A stretch of 64,000 bases of DNA. Source: Patescibacteria group bacterium. GTDB taxonomy: Bacteria > Patescibacteriota > Microgenomatia > Levybacterales > UBA12049. How positions within the stretch are numbered: position 1 is the first letter of the stretch; each line of letters begins with the position of its first letter. Where the stretch lies: NCBI GenBank assembly GCA_041743715.1, contig JBGTMH010000032.1, positions 131 to 64,130 of the forward strand, given 5' to 3'. This document shows positions 36,175-45,205 of this stretch, piece by piece. The notes beneath the pieces were generated by a model. That model searched no databases and had not been told where the DNA came from. It saw nothing but the letters and a program-made list of their open reading frames with translations. The position numbers and the translations under genes were made by a program.

Positions 36175-37575
36175 ATGGATCAACACCCAATACCACAAGA
36201 CGTTACCGGATTTCAATTTAAATTGATCGGCACCATGACAGTCAAACAATTTGGCTATGTCGCAGCAGGCGCGATCATGGCGGTTGCACTCTACTATTTG
36301 CCTCTTCCTCCCCTTTGGCTCCTTTTCAAACTTATATTCGTTCCGATTTTTGGCGCAAGTGGCGTAGTCATCGCTTTTGTACCCATCGAAGGCCGTCCGA
36401 TAGATGTTATGACAACAAACTTTGCGAAAGCGCTTTTTTCTCCCAATCAATATATTTACCGCCGTGCCGGAAGAAAATTAAGTTTTTCATCTGTCGCAGC
36501 TTTTAAGCCGCCAGCTGTATCTAAAACAGATCCAAAGAAAATTGAACATATAACACCTGCAAAAAAACAAATGAATCTGAAAGAAGAACAACTCCGTGCG
36601 TTTCTCCAAAGCTCCCAAGGGGTAGGCAAAACTGAGGCTGACAAAAAAGAGGCAGCCTTTCTCAAAACACTTACCATTACTGCACCTCAACTTGCGGCAC
36701 CAACAATTGCCAAGCCGTCCCCTACTAAAATTATCCCCACTGTTCACCTAACAGTTAGCACTCCTCAAGCCAAACCAGCTCTTATAGCTAAACCCATAAG
36801 TCCTCTTCAACCCAAACCTACAGCACCTGTCTTACCACTTCAAATGCCACCGCCTGCACCGGTCATACAATCGACCAGCCCAACACCAACACCAACACCA
36901 ACACCAGAAACGCCGGACATACTCGCAAAAAAAGAAAGTCAACTAGAGCAAGAACTGATACAAGCCAAGCAGGAAGAAACAAAACCTCTTGCTCCTTCTG
37001 CGCATGCAGCAGCTCATCAAAAAGTTGAAGAACTCGATAAACAAATTCAAGAAATACATTCCCAAAAGCAAAAACTTGAAGAAGAACTCACCCGTTTACA
37101 AACTCAGTTGACTTTACAAAAAAATCCAACTCCTCCCACAGTTCCTCAATCACCAGCACCAGTTCAAGTTCTAGCCCCATCAAAACCTGCCATCCCCATA
37201 CAAGATCCAAAATTTGTTAAGATCGTACAAAAAACAGTAACGAGCCAGACAGATATTCCGCAGGTTTCCGATTCGCCAAACGTCGTAGTAGGTATTGTAA
37301 AAGATCCGCGAGGTAATGTCCTATCAAATATCTTAGTTGAGGTAAAAGATAAAGACGGTAATCCTGTCAGAGCGTTTAAGACCAATCCTCTTGGCCAATT
37401 TGCCTCTGCAACACCGCTTAGTCCCGGCGTTTATACCATGGAGCTTGAGGATCCCAAAAAGATGCATAACTTCGATGTCATCCAAATTACAGCCAACAAC
37501 CAAATTATGAGACCGATAGAAATCATCTCACATGATGCAAGAGAAGCCCTACGACAACAGCTATTTGCAAATTAA
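36175..37575 (+). CDS. PrgI/VirB3-like membrane protein with Pro-rich linker, coiled coil and C-terminal carboxypeptidase-regulatory-like domain
   Basis: 466 aa. The N-terminus FQFKLIGTMTVKQFGYVAAGAIMAVALYYLP plus a second TM fits the PrgI-family pattern. The C-terminus VVGIVKDPRGNVLSNILVEVKDKDGNPV..TNPLGQF resembles a CarboxypepD_reg-type beta-sandwich. Confidence 0.5.
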   Translation: MDQHPIPQDVTGFQFKLIGTMTVKQFGYVAAGAIMAVALYYLPLPPLWLLFKLIFVPIFGASGVVIAFVPIEGRPIDVMTTNFAKALFSPNQYIYRRAGRKLSFSSVAAFKPPAVSKTDPKKIEHITPAKKQMNLKEEQLRAFLQSSQGVGKTEADKKEAAFLKTLTITAPQLAAPTIAKPSPTKIIPTVHLTVSTPQAKPALIAKPISPLQPKPTAPVLPLQMPPPAPVIQSTSPTPTPTPTPETPDILAKKESQLEQELIQAKQEETKPLAPSAHAAAHQKVEELDKQIQEIHSQKQKLEEELTRLQTQLTLQKNPTPPTVPQSPAPVQVLAPSKPAIPIQDPKFVKIVQKTVTSQTDIPQVSDSPNVVVGIVKDPRGNVLSNILVEVKDKDGNPVRAFKTNPLGQFASATPLSPGVYTMELEDPKKMHNFDVIQITANNQIMRPIEIISHDAREALRQQLFAN

Positions 37576-37578
37576 TAT

Positions 37579-38244
37579 ATGTCTGCCCAAAAAATACATG
37601 CAACCACACAAAAATTTACTGAGATTGTCGATTTCGCAGATGATATTGTCATCTTAGAAGGCGGCAACGCTTGTATGATTATTGAAATCACAGCAAGTAA
37701 TTTCGCTTTGCTCTCAAAACGGGAACAAGATAGCCGTATTTTCTCATACGCAGGACTGCTTAATTCACTGTCGTTTCCTATCCAAATTTTGATCCGTAAT
37801 CGGCGGATGGATATTTCCCAATATATAAAAGAGCTTGAAGGAATAATTACAACCACAAAAAACCCACAGCTTGCAACCTATGTCGAATACTACGCCGCAT
37901 TTGTCAAAGAAATGGTTACCGTTAACGTCGTATTGAATAAATCATTCTATATCGTTGTCCCCTTTTCTTCACTTGAGTTGGGGGTTACCGGTGCTACGCA
38001 AGGTCAACAAAAAGGACAAGTCAAAGCTGAAGCATTTACTCAGTCGGCTCGAAAAGCACTTCAAAACAAAGCTAATTCCCTTTTAGGTCAGTTGCAAAAG
38101 TTTGCAACCTCAGCGAAAGTACTAGAAAAAGAGGATTTGATTAAGCTTTTTTATGAAATTTACAATGAAGAAACAGAAGTTGATATTGGTCAGATGCAAG
38201 AAGGCGCAGGTGCTACAATGATTAAAGGAGAGACGAAACAATGA
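37579..38244 (+). CDS. Hypothetical T4SS-associated protein (weakly resembles a VirB4/TraC N-terminal region)
   Basis: 221-aa soluble ORF. The stretch IVDFADDIVILEGGNACMIIEITASNFALLSKREQD..F..LLNSLSFPIQILIR resembles the start of VirB4-type proteins by eye. Its stop overlaps the VirB4 start (ATGA). Confidence 0.4.
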   Translation: MSAQKIHATTQKFTEIVDFADDIVILEGGNACMIIEITASNFALLSKREQDSRIFSYAGLLNSLSFPIQILIRNRRMDISQYIKELEGIITTTKNPQLATYVEYYAAFVKEMVTVNVVLNKSFYIVVPFSSLELGVTGATQGQQKGQVKAEAFTQSARKALQNKANSLLGQLQKFATSAKVLEKEDLIKLFYEIYNEETEVDIGQMQEGAGATMIKGETKQ

Positions 38245-40313
38245 ATTTACCATTCGGAAAAAAACCACCAGCACCAGCGCCAGCTGCACCGAGTGCAGCA
38301 CCAGCCAAAACGGCACAACCTGCCAAAGGAGTACCCGGCAAAGGTCCCGTTGCAAAAGGAAAGGCAAAAGCACCCCCGCCACCTCCTGTTTCTAAAAATA
38401 TACAGAATCTTGAAAAAGGACTATCCTCTGTCGTGGATATTATCGCTCCTTCATCTGTAGAGGTTGACTTTCGCTATATCCGTGTCGGTGATTTCTTTTA
38501 TACGACACTCTTCATTGCAGGATACCCACGTTACGTTTCTTCTGCCTGGCTTGAAGCTATTATTGATTATGATCACACGATGGACATCGCTATGTTCTGT
38601 TATCCAACTTCATCATCCGACGTACTCGCTGATCTAAAACGAAAAATTGGGGAAATGCAGGCAACGCTCGCATCAGACGCAGAGCAAGGAAAAGTAGCCG
38701 ATCCAACAGTAGAAGCAGCACTTGAGGATGCGCTTGGTTTGCAAGAAGAGTTAGCTAAAGGTGTTGAACGATTCTTTCAATTTGGCTTTTATATTACCGT
38801 TTCTGATGCTGATTTGGTCAAATTGCAAGACACTATTAAAAACCTTCAGACAGCTCTTGGTTCTTTGCTTCTGACAGGAAAACTTGCAACCCTTCAAATG
38901 GAAGAAGGATTTAAATCCACGCTTCCTCTGGGACAAGACCGACTGTACATTACCCGCAATATGGATACTTCATCGCTTGCCTCCACATTTCCTTTCACCT
39001 CCGCAATTCTGACGCAAAACAAAGGTGTTATGTATGGCGTCAATCAACAGAATGGCTCACTTATTATTTTTGACAGATTCTCTTTGGAAAATGCCAATGA
39101 GGTCGTGCTTGGAAAATCCGGTGCGGGAAAATCATATACGATTAAGCTCGAGATTATGCGTCAGTTTATGCTTGGCTCTGAGGTTATTGTGATTGATCCT
39201 GATGGAGAGTATGAAACCATGACGCCAGCCCTTGGTGGAGAAGTTGTTGAATTTTCATCCGGCTCACAAATCAAAATAAATCCGTTTGACCTTTCAGATG
39301 TGTATGAAGAAGGTGAGAATGAGTTGGGCCTAAAAATCATGTCTTTGCATGGATTACTCAAGATCATAACTGGACAACTTGACGCTGAGCACGATGCTAT
39401 TTTGGACCGTGCCTTGATTGCGACCTATCTATCAAAAGGCATAACCACAGATCCTGCTACCCAAAAAAAATTACCCCCTCTCATGGAAGATTTGTATAAA
39501 ACACTCCTTGGTATGGAAGATAAGACCGCACGGGAAATTGCTTACACGCTTGAAAAGTTTATTAAAGGAAGTGCTTCAGGTATTTTCAACCAGCAATCAA
39601 ATTTTGAGATCAATAATCCCTTGACTGTTTTTTCTATCCGCAACCTTGAAGAAACGCTTCGTCCGGTTGCTATGCATATTATTCTTGACTTTGTCTGGAC
39701 AAAAGTAAAACGGTCACTGAAAAAACGCACATTAATTCTTGATGAGGGGTGGTATATGATGAAATATCAAGATTCCGCCTCATTTGTGTACTCAATTGCC
39801 AAACGTGCGAGAAAATACTACTTAGGGTTGACTACTGCCACGCAGGATGTGGAAGATTTTCTTAAAAATGAATACGGGAAGGCCGTTCTTACCAATTCGT
39901 CCATTCAAGTGCTACTCAAACAAGGAACTGCTGAAGTAGATATGATAGCCGAAACATTTTATCTTTCAGAGGGAGAAAAAGCACTTCTTTTATCTGCAGA
40001 TGTCGGCGAAGGATTATTCTTTGCCGGACAAAATCATGTGGCCATGAAAGTTTTTGCCGCGCCATTTGAACATGAACTTATTACCTCAAACCCAATGGAA
40101 CTTCTCAAACGCCAGCAGGAAAAAGAACGAGCCAATCAAGCAGAAGCCAACTCAACCGGTGAGACACAAACAGCCGCCGCGATGACGAACCCTACTGCCT
40201 CACCCACTCCAGCTGCTCCAACACCATCTGTTGAGAATACGGATATCTCCACTCCGACACCATCACCAAGTACACCTCCTGCTCCCCCAACACCGACTGG
40301 AACACCTACATAA
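38241..40313 (+). CDS. virB4: VirB4/TraE-type T4SS ATPase
   Basis: 690 aa. Walker A is LGKSGAGKSYT and Walker B is RTLILDEGWYMM. Also present are the N-domain motif APSSVEVDF.YIRVGD.FYTTLFIAGYPRYV and TTATQDVEDF. Both termini have Pro/Ala/Thr-rich low-complexity tails. Confidence 0.85.
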   Translation: MNLPFGKKPPAPAPAAPSAAPAKTAQPAKGVPGKGPVAKGKAKAPPPPPVSKNIQNLEKGLSSVVDIIAPSSVEVDFRYIRVGDFFYTTLFIAGYPRYVSSAWLEAIIDYDHTMDIAMFCYPTSSSDVLADLKRKIGEMQATLASDAEQGKVADPTVEAALEDALGLQEELAKGVERFFQFGFYITVSDADLVKLQDTIKNLQTALGSLLLTGKLATLQMEEGFKSTLPLGQDRLYITRNMDTSSLASTFPFTSAILTQNKGVMYGVNQQNGSLIIFDRFSLENANEVVLGKSGAGKSYTIKLEIMRQFMLGSEVIVIDPDGEYETMTPALGGEVVEFSSGSQIKINPFDLSDVYEEGENELGLKIMSLHGLLKIITGQLDAEHDAILDRALIATYLSKGITTDPATQKKLPPLMEDLYKTLLGMEDKTAREIAYTLEKFIKGSASGIFNQQSNFEINNPLTVFSIRNLEETLRPVAMHIILDFVWTKVKRSLKKRTLILDEGWYMMKYQDSASFVYSIAKRARKYYLGLTTATQDVEDFLKNEYGKAVLTNSSIQVLLKQGTAEVDMIAETFYLSEGEKALLLSADVGEGLFFAGQNHVAMKVFAAPFEHELITSNPMELLKRQQEKERANQAEANSTGETQTAAAMTNPTASPTPAAPTPSVENTDISTPTPSPSTPPAPPTPTGTPT

Positions 40314-40360
40314 AAACTTTATCATTTTACCTCTATCTTCAATTTTGCTACTATTAGAGT

Positions 40361-41530
40361 ATGGACGATGAAAATGAACAAGGCGGCGGTGGCGATGATG
40401 GCGGTGGGGGTGCCGGAGGTAGCTCTGGTGATAAAAAACACGGCGGGCATTTTGACATAAGCAACCCGCTAAAAAATGCAGCAAGACGCGGGATGCCTAA
40501 CCCTGCAAATATGCGGGCAAACAATCCCTTATCAGGACGCGGAGGTCCAAAAGGTACGAAGAGAAGTATCGTAAGCGTAGGACGAGTAACCGCTCAAGCC
40601 TCAGCAGCCGCATTTAGAGGTATACTAGCTTTCTTTGCAACTCCCCCTGGCATAGTTACACTCGTATTAATTGCTGCTACTATATTTATTTTCTATATGC
40701 TTTTTGCAGACGAGGTAGCAAATCAACCACCTACGGAACCAGACCCTGCTGTTAGAGTACGTACCACCTGCCCCCCTCAAGCTGTTGTGGGACAAGAGTT
40801 TACATGTGCGATTTCAGCTACCTACCCGGGAATCGCAAAGGATTTCATTATCATTGACACCTATTTCGATGGACTTGAATACGTCTCTTCAATTCCAGAA
40901 GGAAAACATGACGCTACCGGTCGTAAGGTTACCTGGAGCATGAGCGATGCTGGTATACTTCTCACAAGCCCGCTTATCTTCGGAGTCACTGTCACCTTCC
41001 GAGTGCTCGGATCCGCACCTGATAAGCTCTACCAAAAAATACAAGCATACCCTGTCGAAGGATCTGTTTCAGCAGGAGCAGCAGCAAATTATGTACCAGC
41101 CAACAGAGACAACTGTGGAGGCAAAGCAAATCTCGGCAAAAACCCTCTCGGAAATTTTGGTGATCCGGCTTGCGACTATACCAACGACGAACTCTATACA
41201 TTTCTTAAATTAGAAGATCCACTCTATGCAGAACTATGGTATCTGACAATTGTTGTTGGTGAAAGCTCGTATAATCCCAACGCGTGGGCGGCACCAGTGG
41301 GCCAACAAGCAAGTCTGGATGCTGGCGGTGCATGGGGGAATTTTCAAATGGGAAGTAGTACACCACCTGGTACCGCGCCCCCTGCTCCTGGCAAAAATGG
41401 AGAATTCGATCGCGGAGATGTCAACTGGAAAATGCAAGCAAAAAGCGCAATTCAATATAATAGAAATCAGAATTGTAGTTTTCGGTATTGGGCAACTGCC
41501 AGGTCAAAATGGGGTGCTTACAAATGTTAA
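40361..41530 (+). CDS. Membrane-anchored protein with C-terminal lytic-transglycosylase-like (SLT) motif, VirB1-like candidate
   Basis: 389 aa with a Gly/Asp-rich N-terminus and one TM (GIVTLVLIAATIFIFYMLF). The C-terminus VVGESSYNPNAWA...GAWGNFQMG resembles the SLT catalytic E-S...GxxQ pattern. Confidence 0.5.
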   Translation: MDDENEQGGGGDDGGGGAGGSSGDKKHGGHFDISNPLKNAARRGMPNPANMRANNPLSGRGGPKGTKRSIVSVGRVTAQASAAAFRGILAFFATPPGIVTLVLIAATIFIFYMLFADEVANQPPTEPDPAVRVRTTCPPQAVVGQEFTCAISATYPGIAKDFIIIDTYFDGLEYVSSIPEGKHDATGRKVTWSMSDAGILLTSPLIFGVTVTFRVLGSAPDKLYQKIQAYPVEGSVSAGAAANYVPANRDNCGGKANLGKNPLGNFGDPACDYTNDELYTFLKLEDPLYAELWYLTIVVGESSYNPNAWAAPVGQQASLDAGGAWGNFQMGSSTPPGTAPPAPGKNGEFDRGDVNWKMQAKSAIQYNRNQNCSFRYWATARSKWGAYKC

Positions 41531-41555
41531 GCATAAAAAGGAAAGGATACTAGAC

Positions 41556-42113
41556 ATGAAACAAAAGCAAAAAGAAAATATTTTTATCATAGCGCTAGCG
41601 GGACTCCTTCTTATCATCGTTTTCTGGATTGCGATCCTCGCTTTTTCCGCAGAACCTACTTTGCAGCCGGAACAACAAATTCAACCAACAATTACAATTA
41701 CACTTACTCCAACTCCCACACATGAAACAACGTCTCCCCCCGTCAAATATGATACCGCGGCACAGGATAAGCTCTTAGATAAATTTAATAACAGACAGGC
41801 ACTCTCTTCAAATGATACATTTGCCAAGGCTAAGATACTTGCATCACTTCCGCCGGGTCAACAATCAGGAATTGTCTATAAAACCTCAAATATAAGCATC
41901 GAGTACGTTCATTCTCCAGACCTTTTCCAAATAGAAATTCTAACAACTGACATCGCTCAGGCCAAGGCAGCAGCAAATGTATGGTTCCGGGCACAAGGAA
42001 TGAGCCAACGGGGAATTTGTGACCTTCCGCTACTATTCTATTTAAATTGGGAAATTGCAAATCAAATGCGGGGACAAAACATCCAGTTTAGCCCGCTTGG
42101 GAACGGTTGTTAA
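41556..42113 (+). CDS. Bitopic protein, paralog family P, copy 1
   Basis: The ATG at 41556 follows AAGGAAAGGA. It has an N-terminal TM, a T/P linker and a ~115-aa domain ending GICDLPLLFYLNWEIA...FSPLGNGC. The track ORF is extended upstream. Confidence 0.6.
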   Translation: MKQKQKENIFIIALAGLLLIIVFWIAILAFSAEPTLQPEQQIQPTITITLTPTPTHETTSPPVKYDTAAQDKLLDKFNNRQALSSNDTFAKAKILASLPPGQQSGIVYKTSNISIEYVHSPDLFQIEILTTDIAQAKAAANVWFRAQGMSQRGICDLPLLFYLNWEIANQMRGQNIQFSPLGNGC

Positions 42114-42114
42114 T

Positions 42115-42687
42115 ATGAAACTTTACGATTACTTATTACAAAATAAAAAGCTCGTCATTCTTGTCACACTGTTTTTCATACTTTTGCCTCTTGGTTTTAG
42201 CAGAATACCCTACCCTACTAATAACTTCATTGAAAAAACTTCCCTTTCCCCTACTGTCTCTCAATTACAAAATACCACCCAAGAGACAACACCTACGATG
42301 CTTATACCGACAACACAGATAGTAGATGATGATCCACATAGTAAACTTCTTGACTTAATACAAAATAGACGACAACTTTCAGATGCTGACAGTACTGCAA
42401 AAAAGAATCTACTTCTACAATTACCAAACGGTGAAAGTTCTGGAAATATATATCTTTCTTCTACCATCAGAGTTGAGTATGTTCGAGGGCCCGATTTATT
42501 CCAAGTAGAAATATTAACCACAAATGTTGCGCTTGCAAAAGTCGAAGCTGCGGCCTGGTTTCAACAAAATGGTATCAGCCAAGAGGGTATTTGCAATCTT
42601 CCGGTAAGTTTTTATCTTAACTGGGATATTGCACAAAAACTCAGAAATAGTGATACTGTATTTAACCCCTTACCAAATGACTGTTAA
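42115..42687 (+). CDS. Bitopic protein, paralog family P, copy 2
   Basis: The start is 1 nt after the P1 stop (TAAtATG). The architecture is the same, and the domain ends GICNLPVSFYLNWDIA...FNPLPNDC. Confidence 0.6.
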   Translation: MKLYDYLLQNKKLVILVTLFFILLPLGFSRIPYPTNNFIEKTSLSPTVSQLQNTTQETTPTMLIPTTQIVDDDPHSKLLDLIQNRRQLSDADSTAKKNLLLQLPNGESSGNIYLSSTIRVEYVRGPDLFQVEILTTNVALAKVEAAAWFQQNGISQEGICNLPVSFYLNWDIAQKLRNSDTVFNPLPNDC

Positions 42688-42688
42688 T

Positions 42689-43210
42689 ATGAAAACATTA
42701 TTAAAAAAATTGCGATTTGATTCTTGGGCACTGTCGTTTTTAGCATTTATCATCGTTTTTCCACTCATTTTACTCGCGGCAAAAAACACACTTAATGTTA
42801 CTCCCGCCCAACAAACACATTTTCAGGAAACAACCAGTTCTGAAACAAACAATCCTCCTTCCGGAGGAACTCTTGAAAAGGTGGAGAACAGACAACCACT
42901 TTCCGCCACTGATGCAAAGGTCAAAGCAAAACTCCTTGCGCTTCTTCCTGACGGACAAAAGGCTGGTATTATTCACCAATCACCAAATATCAGAGTAGAA
43001 TATATTCTTTCTCTTGATCAATTTAATGTGGAAATTGTTAACACCAATATTGCAAATGCAAAAAAAGAAGGCAACGCATGGTTTCTAGAACAAGGCCTGA
43101 GCCAGAAAGGATTATGTGATCTTCCTCTTCGTTTTTACCTCAATAATGCCGTTTTCGAACAAATGCCTGATATACAAGACACATTCAACCCCTTGCCTGA
43201 TGGCTGTTAA
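42689..43210 (+). CDS. Bitopic protein, paralog family P, copy 3
   Basis: The start is 1 nt after the P2 stop, with the same TGTTAATATGAAA junction. The domain ends GLCDLPLRFYLNNAV...FNPLPDGC. Confidence 0.6.
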   Translation: MKTLLKKLRFDSWALSFLAFIIVFPLILLAAKNTLNVTPAQQTHFQETTSSETNNPPSGGTLEKVENRQPLSATDAKVKAKLLALLPDGQKAGIIHQSPNIRVEYILSLDQFNVEIVNTNIANAKKEGNAWFLEQGLSQKGLCDLPLRFYLNNAVFEQMPDIQDTFNPLPDGC

Positions 43211-43230
43211 TCTGTGTATGATAAAAGTGT

Positions 43231-43866
43231 ATGAATAAACTACTAAAAAGTGCCATTACTTTTTCGTTTATTGTTGGCTTATTCCTCATTACCCCATCAT
43301 TTACCATTGCCCAAGCCCCAAATCCCGAAGCACCTAAAAAGGATGGTGAATGTGTGGTAATAAACATTCCTGGCGCAATAATAAAGTCTACTCCTCCTCC
43401 AGGTTGTGAAAGTGTGGGAGGTGGCGGAGCACCTAAGGTCGTAGAATTAGCAAGACAGCAGGTTGGTAAGCCATATGTTTGGGGAGCACCTTCAGGTAGA
43501 AATTGGGCAGCATTAGATCCTGAAGCAGGAAAAACACCAGGATCGTTTGATTGTTCAGGGTTAGTCGGCTGGGCGTGGTATTGGGGTACTGGTGGTAATG
43601 TTAGTATGGCTGGACAAACATCAGCAGACTGGGGTAGTGGTAAATTTGAGAAACATCAACCGGGAGAACCTATGATACCTGGAGATCTGGTCTATTACTC
43701 GACTCCTAGTAACATTCATCATGTAGCTCTCTTTGCAGGGACGGGAAACTGTGGAACAAGTGATTGTATAATCGAAACCTATACAAGTAGTAAACCTGCG
43801 AGAGAAATTAGCTTAGCTCAAAAGGGAGGAACAGTGGTAGGGTTCTTACGACCTACTACTCAATAA
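43231..43866 (+). CDS. Secreted NlpC/P60-family cell-wall peptidase
   Basis: 211 aa with a signal peptide ending TIAQA. The catalytic Cys context is FDCSGLVGWAWYW and the His context is IHHVALFAG. An N-terminal module ECVVINIPGAIIKSTPPPGC is present. Confidence 0.8.
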   Translation: MNKLLKSAITFSFIVGLFLITPSFTIAQAPNPEAPKKDGECVVINIPGAIIKSTPPPGCESVGGGGAPKVVELARQQVGKPYVWGAPSGRNWAALDPEAGKTPGSFDCSGLVGWAWYWGTGGNVSMAGQTSADWGSGKFEKHQPGEPMIPGDLVYYSTPSNIHHVALFAGTGNCGTSDCIIETYTSSKPAREISLAQKGGTVVGFLRPTTQ

Positions 43867-43869
43867 GAT

Positions 43870-44397
43870 ATGGAAGAAAATATTAACATTAATCAGAATA
43901 TACAAAGTAACAAATATCTCAATTTTATTAAGAAAAATAAATACATTATTTTTGCATTTTCAATGCTCATTATTCTCATTAGTGTCTTTATTTCACTCAT
44001 GGTTGTTTCCTCAAATAGTTCATCGAAGATCGCTGTAACTCCCACTCCTACGCGGGATGGAACAATAACACCCCAACCTACCGTAACTTTTCCCTTAGTT
44101 CAACCCACAAAAGATACCAAGTCACAAGAACAAAAAATCATTGAAAACCAAACGAAACAACAACTTGATCAGCGAATCCAAATATCATACACAATAGAAA
44201 AAGTAAAAATCTATGAAGGAAATTGGGCAATCATGGTAGTGAATAACCCTACTACTGACCCCGCAAGGGTCGTAATTAAAAAAGAAAAAGGTAGTTGGAA
44301 CGTAATACTTGGCCCAGGAACATATTTTGATGATGCTGATTTACAAGCAATTGGAGCACCGTTGAACTTAATTAACGAAATCAACGGAATTCTTTAA
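43870..44397 (+). CDS. Hypothetical bitopic protein (paralog pair Q, copy 1)
   Basis: 175 aa with one TM and a T/P linker. The C-terminal domain is ..KIYEGNWAIMVVNNP..ARVVIKKEKGSWNVILGPGTYFDDADLQAIGAP. Confidence 0.5.
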   Translation: MEENININQNIQSNKYLNFIKKNKYIIFAFSMLIILISVFISLMVVSSNSSSKIAVTPTPTRDGTITPQPTVTFPLVQPTKDTKSQEQKIIENQTKQQLDQRIQISYTIEKVKIYEGNWAIMVVNNPTTDPARVVIKKEKGSWNVILGPGTYFDDADLQAIGAPLNLINEINGIL

Positions 44398-44457
44398 TAA
44401 TTTTGATACCATTTCCAACTTGAACTAATAAAACTCTAATTCAAGTGACATTTTTTT

Positions 44458-45048
44458 ATGATTGAAGGTGGAGAATCGTTTCCTAGTGGACATCATCCCT
44501 CTGAAATAATTAATAACACAACTGAAACTACTCCCGTTGTCACACCAATAAATAGGGGTGGACCTTTGAGAAGAAGATTGATTGGTGGAACAATGGCGGC
44601 AGCCACAGTAATCAGTGCACTAGGGATGTTTGGAATAAATAGAGGAATGGATTCAGAGCAATCGGATAAGAAACCCCTAGCAATTTCACAAATAACTGAT
44701 ATTCGTACTCCTCTTTTAGTATCATCATCCACCGAGTCACCACCACCAGTTGAGTCCCCAGAAATTAAACGCATTAAAGAACAAATTAAAAATAAAGTAA
44801 GTACAAGTGATAATGCTGAGGTTAGGGTTGAAGCACCTTATGATTTTTCTGATGTAGATATTTATAATGACTCTTGGGCAATAGCTCAAATAACTGGAAC
44901 CAACATTGACAACGCAAACATAGTCGTCAAGAAAGAGAAAAATGGACAATGGAAAATTGTAGAAGGACCCTTTACTTTTTCTGATGATGAACTATTACGA
45001 GCAAAAGGTGTACCTGAAGATGTAATAGAAGCTAGCGGTAAATTCTAA
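44458..45048 (+). CDS. Hypothetical bitopic protein (paralog pair Q, copy 2)
   Basis: 196 aa with one TM. The C-terminal domain ..DIYNDSWAIAQITG..ANIVVKKEKNGQWKIVEGPFTFSDDELLRAKGVP aligns with the preceding ORF. Confidence 0.5.
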   Translation: MIEGGESFPSGHHPSEIINNTTETTPVVTPINRGGPLRRRLIGGTMAAATVISALGMFGINRGMDSEQSDKKPLAISQITDIRTPLLVSSSTESPPPVESPEIKRIKEQIKNKVSTSDNAEVRVEAPYDFSDVDIYNDSWAIAQITGTNIDNANIVVKKEKNGQWKIVEGPFTFSDDELLRAKGVPEDVIEASGKF

Positions 45049-45049
45049 A

Positions 45050-45154
45050 CTACCCCTGTACCCGAATAGGCATGATCATGTGGAGGAAGGAGATGTCTCC
45101 TTGGATATTAAAAACCCCAGAAACGTCCTCCTCATCATTCTCCAAATTTAAAGC
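45050..45154 (-). pseudogene. Duplicated fragment of the dnaN 3' end
   Basis: The minus-strand translation is ..LNLENDEEDVSGVFNIQGDISFLHMIMPIRVQG*. The real DnaN C-terminus is ..GIFKIQGDTSFLHMIMPIRVQG*. By my manual alignment about 53 of the first 60 nt match 46601-46660. Confidence 0.7.
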
Positions 45155-45184
45155 ACATTCAACCACTTGCCTGATGGCTTTTAA
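45155..45184 (+). pseudogene. Remnant of a family-P gene 3' end (TFNHLPDGF*)
   Basis: ACATTCAACCACTTGCCTGATGGCTTTTAA plus the next ~30 nt of spacer align at roughly 85% with 43181-43240, which is the P3 3' end plus the spacer before the NlpC/P60 gene. Confidence 0.55.
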
Positions 45185-45205
45185 TCTGTGTATTATGAAA
45201 AGAGT

